Assembly (NCBI GenBank): GCA_977020255.1
Contig: CDROCS010000356.1
Coordinates: forward strand, 310,001 to 374,000
Length of the DNA stretch: 64,000 nucleotides
Direction: 5' to 3'
From: Obrimoposthia wandeli
Taxonomy: Eukaryota
Both the position numbers and the translations under genes were made by a program. The notes under the pieces are model-generated. The model was not told the DNA's origin and ran no database searches. It was given only the letters and a program-made list of their open reading frames with translations. This document shows positions 52,589-62,443 of this stretch, piece by piece; the stretch's first letter is position 1; every line of letters starts with the position of its first letter.

Positions 52589-54346
52589 TTATGTTATATT
52601 AAATCTATCTATAATAAATTTCATTTTATGTTTATATTTTTCTTCTTTAGATAACTCTTTATATACATTTATAATATTTTTATACATAATATTAAAAGGC
52701 TTATCGCCTGAAAAACCATTAATCCAAGATATAAATTTAAATACTATTTCAAAATATTCTCTATCCTTTATCATCCATTCATGATGTTGATCAAATGATA
52801 TTGCTCCTAATAAGTCTTCAATTCCATTATTCCAACCTTTGCTAGATAATAATTCACTTAGTTTAATTTTAATATTTTCAATATCATTTATAGTATCTTG
52901 AGTAGAACTATTTTTTATTTCATCATAATATTTTTGTAGTTCTTCATAATTATCTAATACTCTATCAACACTTTCCTTTGTAAACATATCTAAGTCTTGT
53001 AGTGAATTAATATTATTTTTAATATATAATTTAGATTTTTCAATAAACATACTATTATATTTTTCAATTTCTTTATTATCTAATTCCTTTAAAAAATTAG
53101 TAATATAAAATTCAAAACTTGATAGTCCAACTAATTGAACTATATCGGTATCTTCTGTATTTAATGCATCATAAAATTCTTGTACAAATTGTTTATTATC
53201 ATATTCCAAATCATATAAATATCTAAAATAAATTTTATCAATATCTTGATGTGTTTTTGTATTTTTTTCTTGAAGATTAATACTCATATTAAATTTATAT
53301 ATTTCATCTTTGAAAAAGTCTTTATTTAATGAATGCTTTTCAACAATATTTTTAAATGTATTATCATTTTTCATCTTATAAGGTATTCTTATTTCTATAT
53401 CTAAGTATGTTAAATTTAATTTTTCATTTATTATCTGTTTAAAAATTTCAAGGGTAACACCATTCTTTATTTTTTTATTTATTTTTTCATCTTTTAATAT
53501 ATCTTCAAGTAACTCTAGTTTTAAAATTACCTGCTTCATAAGTCTTATATTTAATCTTTTATTGCCATTCTTATCCAATAAATCAAATAATTTTTCTAAT
53601 AATTCCCAATTAATATAATCTTTATTTTTATTTTTATTTTTAATAAATTTTATATTATCTTTTAAGTGTGGTTCGTACTTAAGTGTAATATCAATTATTT
53701 TCTCACTATATTTATCAAAAATTTCTTGATTATTTGTTTGAGTTATAAAACTCTTTTGTGTGAAATTATTATCTTTATCTTTTTCCATAAGTTTTTTATG
53801 ATTTAATTCATCTTGAATTTTAAGCATATCATTATTATTAATTAATACAATTTTACAGCTATGTTGTTCTTTAAGTTCAGATATAAAGCCTAATATTTCA
53901 GATAAACTAAGATTTGGTGATATTCTTTCAAAGTCATCAAAGCAAAGTACAATATTTTTAAACTCTTTCTTATCTATAGTTGATATTATTGCCCCAACAT
54001 CAACTCCCAAGACACCAGAACCAACTAATCCTTTCAATTTATGAGTGATTTTAGATATATCTGATATTTCCATTAATATTTTACTTTTAATTTCACCTAG
54101 TGTATTAATACCAAACAATGATATATTTACAAACTTATCACCTTGTTCTTTTCTTTCAATGTAATGATTCCAAAAAAATGTTTTACCTATACCCCAACTT
54201 CCTTGAAGACTTATTACAATACCCTCTTTATTATCTAAATTAATAAGTTTATCTAATTGTTCAATGAGTATTGTAATTTCTTTACTTGTATATTCCATCT
54301 TTTCTTCCTTATTTTTATTAAAAAAATTATTAAAAAATTCAATCAT
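52589..54346 (-). CDS. KAP-family P-loop NTPase
   Basis: ISLQGSWGIGKT, NISLFG, LCFDDFER, EKIID. Confidence 0.85.
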   Translation of the reverse strand: MIEFFNNFFNKNKEEKMEYTSKEITILIEQLDKLINLDNKEGIVISLQGSWGIGKTFFWNHYIERKEQGDKFVNISLFGINTLGEIKSKILMEISDISKITHKLKGLVGSGVLGVDVGAIISTIDKKEFKNIVLCFDDFERISPNLSLSEILGFISELKEQHSCKIVLINNNDMLKIQDELNHKKLMEKDKDNNFTQKSFITQTNNQEIFDKYSEKIIDITLKYEPHLKDNIKFIKNKNKNKDYINWELLEKLFDLLDKNGNKRLNIRLMKQVILKLELLEDILKDEKINKKIKNGVTLEIFKQIINEKLNLTYLDIEIRIPYKMKNDNTFKNIVEKHSLNKDFFKDEIYKFNMSINLQEKNTKTHQDIDKIYFRYLYDLEYDNKQFVQEFYDALNTEDTDIVQLVGLSSFEFYITNFLKELDNKEIEKYNSMFIEKSKLYIKNNINSLQDLDMFTKESVDRVLDNYEELQKYYDEIKNSSTQDTINDIENIKIKLSELLSSKGWNNGIEDLLGAISFDQHHEWMIKDREYFEIVFKFISWINGFSGDKPFNIMYKNIINVYKELSKEEKYKHKMKFIIDRFNIT

Positions 54347-54389
54347 TCTATTCCCATATGTAAAATTTACTATTTATTTTGTTAGATAA

Positions 54390-54761
54390 CTAACGTTTGA
54401 AATAATCCAATGCTTCTTTTGTAATACCTTCTTCATATTTATTTTCAATTAAAAAGTCAATAATATAATCACTGTAGCATATAATTGTAGTATCTGATTT
54501 TTTTATAAATTTAGTAACAAACTTTGAAATTAAAGCATTGGAAATATATACATATTGATCAAGGTATAAATCTAAGGTACCTATTACAATTGATTCAATA
54601 ATTTCATTTTCTTCTGTAAAAAATACTTTCCTCATTTCTTGAGAATCTATTGAAATTACACGAATTGATTTATTATTATTATCAATATCTATTTCTATAC
54701 TTGTACATCTTGGGTATAGTACACCTTTTAGTTGATTAAGTTTTATCATAATATTCTCCAT
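54390..54761 (-). CDS. Hypothetical protein
   Basis: 123 aa ORF directly upstream of the KAP gene, same strand. Confidence 0.55.
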   Translation of the reverse strand: MENIMIKLNQLKGVLYPRCTSIEIDIDNNNKSIRVISIDSQEMRKVFFTEENEIIESIVIGTLDLYLDQYVYISNALISKFVTKFIKKSDTTIICYSDYIIDFLIENKYEEGITKEALDYFKR

Positions 54762-54793
54762 CGATTATTTGTGTGTTGCATAAATTCTATCAT

Positions 54794-54893
54794 AACAATG
54801 TCACATTTTCTGTCACATTTCACTAAAGTATTCGAGATTATTTGATTTATTTAATACAATAATTTATTTTGTGACAAATTCAGTGACATTGTT
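54794..54893. promoter_or_regulatory. Inverted pair of tandem TGTCAC repeats
   Basis: TGTCACATTT at 54799 and 54811; GTGACA at 54871 and 54883; AACAATGTCAC / GTGACATTGTT form the outer inverted match. Confidence 0.6.
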
Positions 54894-54952
54894 TCTATAC
54901 AATATACTCAGTATTTTTATATAAATAAAGAATCTATCTATGAGGAAAACAA

Positions 54953-55957
54953 ATGGACAATAATAATGAAATATTTGAATTATTTGAATTATCAAAAGAA
55001 AAAGATAGACTTTTATGTAAAGAAAGTATAAAAGCTTTAAGATCAGTAGTATACATTCCTGAATCAAAACCTCCAAAAGATGAAGAAGAACTATACGATG
55101 CATATATAAACACACTCCAAAAACATAATTTAAAAGATAGTTTTCCAAGTCAATTACTCAGTCCATTTTATAAACTTTCCAAATATGACAATATTAATCA
55201 ACATAAAAATCATAAGTATTTTATCAAACTAGACCAACTCTTAAGATATTTAAAACACCACCAAGATATACTCAAAGAACATACAAATACTCACAAAGAC
55301 GCAACTCCTAATACTTCATATAGTACTACAGAAAAGTATGTTGATCCTCGAATAAAAAGTATAGTTGATTTTATACATAATTTAAAAGTAAACTATGCAG
55401 GTAATGATTTAGAAAATGATAAAACATTACTATCAGTTCAAAAAACAGAAAAAATTTTAAATGTTTATAAAAAGTATCCTTTGTTTGGTTCTATGTTAAT
55501 TCAAGCATCAAATAATAATGATTTTAATTTTATGACAAAGGAATATAAAACTGAACTACAAAAAGAACATAAAAATATCTTTTCATCTAAGATTAAACTG
55601 TCCAAAAGAGATATAGTAAAAAGTTTTCAATCTTATGCTATAGATATTTATCATGAATTATCTGTTCAAAATCAACTTATGATAAATCCTAAAAAAGAGA
55701 TAGAAAAGAAAGAACTAGTTAACCTAATAGGAGAAATCTCAAAACATCTTTTAGATGAAAAAGTAGGTAAACTTCATGTGAAAAATATTAATTCAAGATT
55801 TTATTATATAGATATTATAAATAATATGATGATTTTACAACCCTCTACAACTAAAGTATCAAGATTCAATTTTAACGTATCTAATAACTTATTAGATGAT
55901 TATCTTAATGACGTATTATTAAAACTAGATAAATCTATAATGGATTTAGAGAAATAA
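54953..55957 (+). CDS. Hypothetical protein of the element backbone
   Basis: 334 aa ORF with GAGGA SD; no recognised motif. Confidence 0.6.
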   Translation: MDNNNEIFELFELSKEKDRLLCKESIKALRSVVYIPESKPPKDEEELYDAYINTLQKHNLKDSFPSQLLSPFYKLSKYDNINQHKNHKYFIKLDQLLRYLKHHQDILKEHTNTHKDATPNTSYSTTEKYVDPRIKSIVDFIHNLKVNYAGNDLENDKTLLSVQKTEKILNVYKKYPLFGSMLIQASNNNDFNFMTKEYKTELQKEHKNIFSSKIKLSKRDIVKSFQSYAIDIYHELSVQNQLMINPKKEIEKKELVNLIGEISKHLLDEKVGKLHVKNINSRFYYIDIINNMMILQPSTTKVSRFNFNVSNNLLDDYLNDVLLKLDKSIMDLEK

Positions 55958-56114
55958 CCTCTTTTTTATAGTTTACCAAATTTTCAAATCACTCAAATAT
56001 AACATACATTACAATTTCCTTATCGATAAACAATAAAGTGTAAAACGTTTTATATAACAGAAATGCAATCTGTTAACACCCAATGAGAATCAATGTATCT
56101 CAAAGGATTTTACG

Positions 56115-56369
56115 ATGGTTAAAGTACAAGGAACAATGATTAATTTTATAAATAGTGGTACATACAAAGGCGAAAATGGAGAAGTGCCAACTAAGGCAAA
56201 GCTTCAAATAATGTTTGATGTAAATAAAGCTAATGGAGATATAGAAAAAAAGCTTTTTAATATATCTATACCAGATGATAAAATTCCCCAGTACAAAGAT
56301 AAAGTAAATAAAGAAGTAATTGTAGATGTTGCAATCATCTCTCAAGCATACTCTTTCTACGGTATTTAA
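56115..56369 (+). CDS. Small beta-rich protein, likely ssDNA-binding (gene V-like)
   Basis: 84 aa, strand-rich; lies immediately upstream of Rep as in rolling-circle replicons; AAAGGA SD. Confidence 0.55.
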   Translation: MVKVQGTMINFINSGTYKGENGEVPTKAKLQIMFDVNKANGDIEKKLFNISIPDDKIPQYKDKVNKEVIVDVAIISQAYSFYGI

Positions 56370-56394
56370 AATAGGTTTGTTCGAGCCTCGCATG

Positions 56395-56496
56395 GTAAAA
56401 AAACTCAAACGTCAGGCTTGATTTTTTTACAGGGAAGTGAGAACAAAAAAATTATAGGGAGGGGGATTTCTTAGTAACACCCCGTTCTAAACGTCA
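56395..56496 (+). other. Putative double-strand origin / oriT hairpins
   Basis: GTAAAAAAA..TTTTTTTAC stem (56395-56430); GGGGG-ATTTCTTAGTAACA-CCCC (56461-56483); AAACGTCA twice; directly upstream of Rep. Confidence 0.45.
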
Positions 56497-56508
56497 AAAG
56501 GACAAAAT

Positions 56509-57830
56509 ATGAATAACATTAAAATGATACATGGTATTGATACACTTCATTACTTTTGTGAATCAAACGAAAATTACGACGACCTATTTTTAGATATATT
56601 AGACCAAATGGAAGAACTAAAAGGTAAATTTGAAAAAAAAGAAATAGAATATGAAAATTCAGATATTTATATTTCTATAGAACAAGTTGCATTTAACTAT
56701 TCAGGAAAGGCAGAAGGTTTTTATTGGTTTAAAAATATCAATGATTTCTTTCAAATAGGTTTTAAAAATAAAGCTACAAATAGAGGATTAAATGATATTA
56801 GAGTACAACTTTTAGGAATTGGAATTTATACAGTAGGTCTTAAATCTCTAATAGAGTTTATAAACAAAAGTTTATTAGTAAACTATATCACACAAGATCA
56901 ACAAGTTACTAGAGTAGATTTAAATACATTTATACAATATGATTTTAAATTTCTTACTAGAGATATGTTTGTTACAAGAAAAAGAAACTATTCTACAATA
57001 GCTGAAATTGGTAACTCGCAAGAGATACAAACAATCTACATAGGTAAAAAACCATCATTATTAAGACTTTACAATAAACAACTAGAACTTAAAAATTCTA
57101 ATAAAAAAGATTTGATGTATGAGTACTTTTTAAATCATGGATTTGATATAGAAGATAATATCTTTAATATTGAGTTTGAGATGCATAGAACACATTTAAA
57201 ACAATACAATATCAAAACTATTGATGAACTATTGCAAAATGCTGTACAGCTCTTTAAAACGGGTATGGATGATATACAATTAATAGATACAAGTACCTTA
57301 TCAGATAATGCAATTAAACATAATAATAAAAATAGAGCTGTAACTCTTCCAATATGGGAGCATATACAACAATCTTATAATTTAAAAGATTTTTTACAAA
57401 CTGCTTTACCACTAGAACGTATCAAAAGAAAAGTATATATATATATGATGATAGAAAATTTAAACTTGAAATGATAGCAGTACTTAGACGTGCATTTATC
57501 AACAATCTTATAATTGAACCTGAACATCTTGATTATTATTACTTTGAAGCTAAAAACTCATTGAAAAAAACAACTACAAATAAACAGATGAAAAAAGTAT
57601 ATGAAGATTTACCAAATTATATCAATGAAGATGGTAAAAAAGAGAAAGCTAGAATACTTGAAGATAATACAATCATCAAACCAGTTAATGTAGTGAGCGT
57701 GAATACCCTTGGTGATTATGATTTAACTATGTATTTAAAGAAACTTACTAAAAATAGAGATATATCTAAACATGATTATAATTTATACTCTGTTGCTTTT
57801 AATGAATCTAAATCAAGAGGTTTATTATGA
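56509..57830 (+). pseudogene. Rep_trans-family rolling-circle initiator/relaxase, split at a (TA)6T run (57434-57446)
   Basis: GIDTL, VTRVDL, TIYIGK..LLRLYNK, NIEFE; removing one AT gives KVYIYDDRKFKLEMIAV and a 439 aa protein. Confidence 0.7.
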
Positions 57831-58135
57831 ATAATCCATTTTCAGAATTAGCAGAACAATTAATTGCTATTAGTCTTAGACTTGAAACAATAGAATCAAA
57901 AATTAAAGAAGAAAAAAGATGGTTAAATATAAAAGAAGCATCATATTATCTTGGATATTCTAAAGACCATTTACATAAACTAAAAAATGAACACTTTATT
58001 GAAAGTAAACATTATCATAAAAAAGCGGGTCGTGTTCTCTTTGATAAAATTGAACTTGATAACTGGGTTACGCTATCAGTTAATATGATTGACCCTAAAC
58101 AAATTGCAAATGAAGTAATAAAAGATTTAACATGA
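57827..58135 (+). CDS. Excisionase-like HTH protein
   Basis: RWLNIKEASYYLGYSKDHLHKL, GRVLFDKIELDNWV; directly upstream of the integrase. Confidence 0.8.
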   Translation: MNNPFSELAEQLIAISLRLETIESKIKEEKRWLNIKEASYYLGYSKDHLHKLKNEHFIESKHYHKKAGRVLFDKIELDNWVTLSVNMIDPKQIANEVIKDLT

Positions 58136-58199
58136 TTTACAGTAGAATAATTATGTTTGAAAGAAGCAGTTATTTTAAGGTGTTATCTAAGGAGATAAC

Positions 58200-59279
58200 A
58201 TGGTTAAGATGACACAACCTAAACTTTATCCTAGAGGTAATAAACTCTGGATAAGATTTAGTTTAAATGGTGAAGTGATTAAAAAGTCACTCAACATAGA
58301 AGATAATAAAGCTAATAGAAAATTAGCTACAACACAAATAATTCCACAAATGATATTAAAAGTTCATAGTGGAGAGTTCTTTGAAAATACAATTGTTCCT
58401 GACGTTAAAGAGATGATTGATATTAGTTTATCAATGAATCAATCTAGTAGAAAGTATTTAACACATAGAAGTTATGAATTGGTATTGAATAGGTATGTTA
58501 TACCTTTATTTGGTAAAAGAAAGATAGATAGTATCAAGCCAAGTGATTTAATTGAATGGCAAAATAATCTTTTAAAAACTCTTTCTCCCAAATCTGTGAT
58601 AAATGCAAGAATTATATTTCATGGTATATTTGAAGATGCTTTTAGAGATGAGATTATTTCTAAAAATCCATTTTCACTTGTGAAAGCTCCCAAGTTAGCA
58701 CATGCTAAAGATATCAAACCATTTACTAAAGATGAGATATTTTTAATACTTGAAAATACACCTGATAAAATAAAAGCCTTTTTTGCAATAGGTTTTTTTA
58801 CTGGACTTAGAACTGGAGAGATTACAGCATTACGATATAGTGATATTGATTTAGATAAAAAGATTATCAAAGTTACTAAAACTAGAAATAAAGGAATTGA
58901 AACAGTTCCTAAAACATTATCAAGTTTTAGAGATGTAGAGATACTTGATGTTCTTCTTCCTTATCTTGAAAATCATATTGAAGTATTTAAAAAATCTAAT
59001 GATGATTATATGTTTCTTACAAAATTTGGTTTACCATATTATTCAGCTTCTAAAATATCTATAACATATTGGCAAAAGATTTTAAAAAAGTTAAATTTAG
59101 AATATAGAATTTTATATAATATGAGACATACATTTGCAAGTATGATGATAAGCTCAGGGGAAGATATATTGTGGGTTGCATCAATGCTTGGTCATAAAAA
59201 TGCAAATATTACATTACAAGCTTATGCTAAATATATTAAAAATGAAACAAAATCAAGAGGTTCTTTTTTATTAAATTAA
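58200..59279 (+). CDS. Tyrosine integrase with N-terminal arm-binding domain
   Basis: LYPRGNKLWIRF, TGLRTGE, YNMRHTFAS, LGH..ITLQAYAK. Confidence 0.93.
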   Translation: MVKMTQPKLYPRGNKLWIRFSLNGEVIKKSLNIEDNKANRKLATTQIIPQMILKVHSGEFFENTIVPDVKEMIDISLSMNQSSRKYLTHRSYELVLNRYVIPLFGKRKIDSIKPSDLIEWQNNLLKTLSPKSVINARIIFHGIFEDAFRDEIISKNPFSLVKAPKLAHAKDIKPFTKDEIFLILENTPDKIKAFFAIGFFTGLRTGEITALRYSDIDLDKKIIKVTKTRNKGIETVPKTLSSFRDVEILDVLLPYLENHIEVFKKSNDDYMFLTKFGLPYYSASKISITYWQKILKKLNLEYRILYNMRHTFASMMISSGEDILWVASMLGHKNANITLQAYAKYIKNETKSRGSFLLN

Positions 59280-59310
59280 ATAGAACAAACTTGGTACAGT
59301 TTTGGAACAA
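59280..59310. repeat. Putative integrase arm-type sites, right end
   Basis: ATAGAACAA, TTGGTACAG and TTGGAACAA at 59280, 59291 and 59302. Confidence 0.7.
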
Positions 59311-59329
59311 TTAAAATTAGGTGCTTCCT

Positions 59330-59350
59330 AAAAGCCTTATATAAAAGGCT
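59330..59350 (-). terminator. Element-encoded hairpin just after the restored kinase stop
   Basis: AGCCTT-ATATAA-AAGGCT followed by TTT on the minus strand. Confidence 0.45.
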
Positions 59351-59351
59351 A

Positions 59352-62351
59352 TTAAGACAATGGAAGCGTTATAGTGAACTCTGCTCCATTATAATTTTCA
59401 TTTTTATATTCATAATTTACATTATCAACTTCAATAGTTCCCTTCATACCATCAACTATTAGATTATAAGTCATATGAAGCCCTAATCCAGTACCTTGAG
59501 ATTGGTGTTTTGTGGTAAAGTATGGTTCAAATATTTTAGTTAATATATTTACTGGGATACCACCTGCATTATCTTTTATTGTAATAATAGAATTATTGTC
59601 TTTTGTTGAAGTAGTTATAAATATAAGTCTATTATCTCTATTATTTTCTTTTAATGCATCTTTTGCATTATTAAATATATTAATTAGACATTGACTTAAT
59701 TCATTTTCATATCCATCAATTTTCACATTTTCTTCTCTATTTAGAATTATCTGGATATTATGTGTTTTAATAGAACTATCTATTAAGTGTAAAAAGCTAT
59801 CTAACTCATCATTTAAATTAAACATCTTTTTAATTCTATCACCCCTTATAAATCTTGTAAAATCTTCTATTGTTTTGGAAAGGTATTGTGCATTATCATT
59901 GATAATATTACATGTTTTAATCAGTTTTGTTTCATCTAGGACACCATATTCTTTTTGCATAGCCATACCTGTTGATGCAGTTGATATTATAGATAAAGGC
60001 TGTCTCCATTGATGTGCAATATTCCCTAACATTTCACCCATAGATGCTAATTTTGATTGTTCAAACATCAATTTATCATTCTCTTTTTTTTCCGTGATAT
60101 CTTGAATAAATCCAATTACTTTAATAGGATTACTTTTTTCATCAAACTCAACTTTTCCAATAGAAGAAAGAATTTTTGAAGTGCTTCCATCGTAGGTATT
60201 GATTTCATATTCTAAATTGTACTCAGTGCCTTTTTCAATTAGATTCACTAAGGCTTGATGGACACGTTTTTGTTCAATTATACAACTTTCAACTAATTGT
60301 TCTGAAAAAATACTATCATTTTGGGGAATACCAAAAATTATTTTAGTTTGATTAGAACCCCAAAAGTTTTTAGATTCAATATTATATTCCCAACTTCCTA
60401 CATTACCTGCAAGTTCAGCATCTTCAAAACGTTTATTACTTAAAAGTAAAGCATCTTCCTGAAGTTTTTCATCAGTAATATCAGAAAGTATTCCATGCCA
60501 TAAAACACTTCCATCTTTCATTTTCTCTGGTTTTGCCTTGCCATGAATCCAGCGAATACCCTTTTGTGGTAAATTAACTCGATACTCTATATTCCATTCA
60601 TTCATATATGTTGATGAATCTTTAATAGTTGATATCATCATTTCTAAATCATCTTGATGGATTCTACTAAATGCAGGTGTTGCATCATCAAGTAAAACAT
60701 CAGGGGATAGTTCATACAACTCTTTAATACCCTTACTAATATAAGGGAATGAAGCTTTACCATCTGGGTAAAGTCGATATTGATAAATAACACCAGGAAC
60801 ATTATCTGATAATTTTGCTAATAAATCATTACTTTTTTGTAACAAGAATTCAGCTTCTTTACGTTTAGTTATTACACTGTAACTACCTGCCATTCGTAAT
60901 GGTTTATTCTCATTATCAAACTCGACAATACTCCCTTTATCAATCACCCAAACTATTTCACCATTTTTTTGAAATAACCTATGTTCTGAGTTATATATTT
61001 TGGATTTACCTATCAAAGTATCTTCCATTTTTTGAAGAACACTTTCTCTATCATCTGGGTGGATTAATGAAGTAAAATTTTCAATTAAATCTTTATCTTT
61101 CTCTAATCCAAGTATTTCATACCATTTATTATTATGATCAACATGATTAGTTTTAATATTCCAATCCCACGTACCTTCACCAGAAGCTTCAAGAACAGTA
61201 TCAAGTTTTTTTGCATTTTCAAATACTGCGGTATTTGCAAGTTCTAATTCTTTTTTATTTTTATTAATCTTTTTGGTATATTGGTTAATTTGATAATTTC
61301 TAACTAAAATTATTAGTATAATAAAAATAAATACTCCGCTAGTTTGGAATAATAATTTATAGTCAAGTGGTTGTTCTTTCCACTTTTGATTAAATAAAAA
61401 ATCTTTATATCGATTTTCTTCTTGGATTAATCCATAATTATTTAATATGTCATACCACCTATACAATTCAGGTTTATTGATATCCCCAATATTAAATTGA
61501 TTAAGTAGGAAAAGTTTCTTTATTTCTTGTGCTTCAAATAGTAAAGATGGAATCTTTTTTTTAAGTGAGTTATTGTATTTAGAATATATTATGGTTACTG
61601 TTTCTTTATTATTTTCCAAGGCATATTTCCATCCTTTATTAGTAGCATCAATAAAAGATTGAATTTTTACATCACCATATTTATCTATAGTTTTTTGTAA
61701 AGTAAACATATTAACAGCACCAGAGTTAAATCCATAATCTTTTGGATTTAATATATTATATTCAAAATTTTCATTTTGTAATTGATATAACTCATTACTT
61801 TTATATACCTCAATAGCATCTGTATTTTTATTTATTAAATCTTGAGCAAGATAAGTACTTTGAATGAATTTAATTTTATTATAATCAACACCTAAATGCC
61901 TAAACATAAAATCTAAAGGGGTATTCATAATTCTCTCAGGAGAAGACATAAATCTTTTATTTATCATATCTCTTGGGTGTTTAATAGATTTTGAAGTAGC
62001 AATAACTAATGGAGATTCTTTAAGGTAATTTGATAATAAAACTATATCTACATCTTGTCTTTCAATCATATACAAATTATCACTAATAGTAAATGTTGTC
62101 TTATTTTTCAGCATATCATCAATAGGTTTTGTATCGTTATTGAATTCTTTTAATTCAACATCAAAACCAATATCTTCATAATAACCTTTTTCTTTTGCTA
62201 TTATAAAGCCTGCATATTCAAATTGGTATTTCCAATTTAGTTGTATTGATACCTTATCCAGTGTGCTTTGAGCAAATAGGGAAAGATTCATAAATAAAAA
62301 AATGAGTAATATGTTCTTCAAATAAATCCTAATTTCAATATAATTTAACAT
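59352..62351 (-). CDS. Sensor histidine kinase: NMT1/THI5-like SBP, TM, multiple PAS/PAC, kinase core
   Basis: QLNWKYQFEYAGF; GTWDWN, GSWEYN; IAHQWRQPL; GTGLGL. Confidence 0.9.
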   Translation of the reverse strand: MLNYIEIRIYLKNILLIFLFMNLSLFAQSTLDKVSIQLNWKYQFEYAGFIIAKEKGYYEDIGFDVELKEFNNDTKPIDDMLKNKTTFTISDNLYMIERQDVDIVLLSNYLKESPLVIATSKSIKHPRDMINKRFMSSPERIMNTPLDFMFRHLGVDYNKIKFIQSTYLAQDLINKNTDAIEVYKSNELYQLQNENFEYNILNPKDYGFNSGAVNMFTLQKTIDKYGDVKIQSFIDATNKGWKYALENNKETVTIIYSKYNNSLKKKIPSLLFEAQEIKKLFLLNQFNIGDINKPELYRWYDILNNYGLIQEENRYKDFLFNQKWKEQPLDYKLLFQTSGVFIFIILIILVRNYQINQYTKKINKNKKELELANTAVFENAKKLDTVLEASGEGTWDWNIKTNHVDHNNKWYEILGLEKDKDLIENFTSLIHPDDRESVLQKMEDTLIGKSKIYNSEHRLFQKNGEIVWVIDKGSIVEFDNENKPLRMAGSYSVITKRKEAEFLLQKSNDLLAKLSDNVPGVIYQYRLYPDGKASFPYISKGIKELYELSPDVLLDDATPAFSRIHQDDLEMMISTIKDSSTYMNEWNIEYRVNLPQKGIRWIHGKAKPEKMKDGSVLWHGILSDITDEKLQEDALLLSNKRFEDAELAGNVGSWEYNIESKNFWGSNQTKIIFGIPQNDSIFSEQLVESCIIEQKRVHQALVNLIEKGTEYNLEYEINTYDGSTSKILSSIGKVEFDEKSNPIKVIGFIQDITEKKENDKLMFEQSKLASMGEMLGNIAHQWRQPLSIISTASTGMAMQKEYGVLDETKLIKTCNIINDNAQYLSKTIEDFTRFIRGDRIKKMFNLNDELDSFLHLIDSSIKTHNIQIILNREENVKIDGYENELSQCLINIFNNAKDALKENNRDNRLIFITTSTKDNNSIITIKDNAGGIPVNILTKIFEPYFTTKHQSQGTGLGLHMTYNLIVDGMKGTIEVDNVNYEYKNENYNGAEFTITLPLS
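59368..59375. other. Right att core GTTATAGT inside the kinase 3' end
   Basis: Identical to 48901-48908; encodes TIT of GAEFTITLPLS. Confidence 0.8.
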
Positions 62352-62443
62352 TATAGCAAATACTAGTTTTAAAATTACCTTAAAATATATCCTAGTTAAA
62401 TTTTATTTAATTACTTCATTTACAATTTTGAGTAGTTATCTAT

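Larger units (their letters stand above)
48901..59375. mobile_element. About 10.5 kb integrative element with SSB-Rep_trans-Xis-tyrosine integrase module
   Basis: 8 bp direct repeats GTTATAGT at 48901 and 59368; TTGGNACA arm-like repeats and CCTTATATAA inside both ends; intact integrase. Confidence 0.85.

Noticed and set aside
48901-59375. Element as a filamentous (inovirus) prophage
   Set aside because: No Zot/pI ATPase, no coat or adsorption gene cluster; the only small TM ORF is on the cargo strand and coupled to the PIN-like gene
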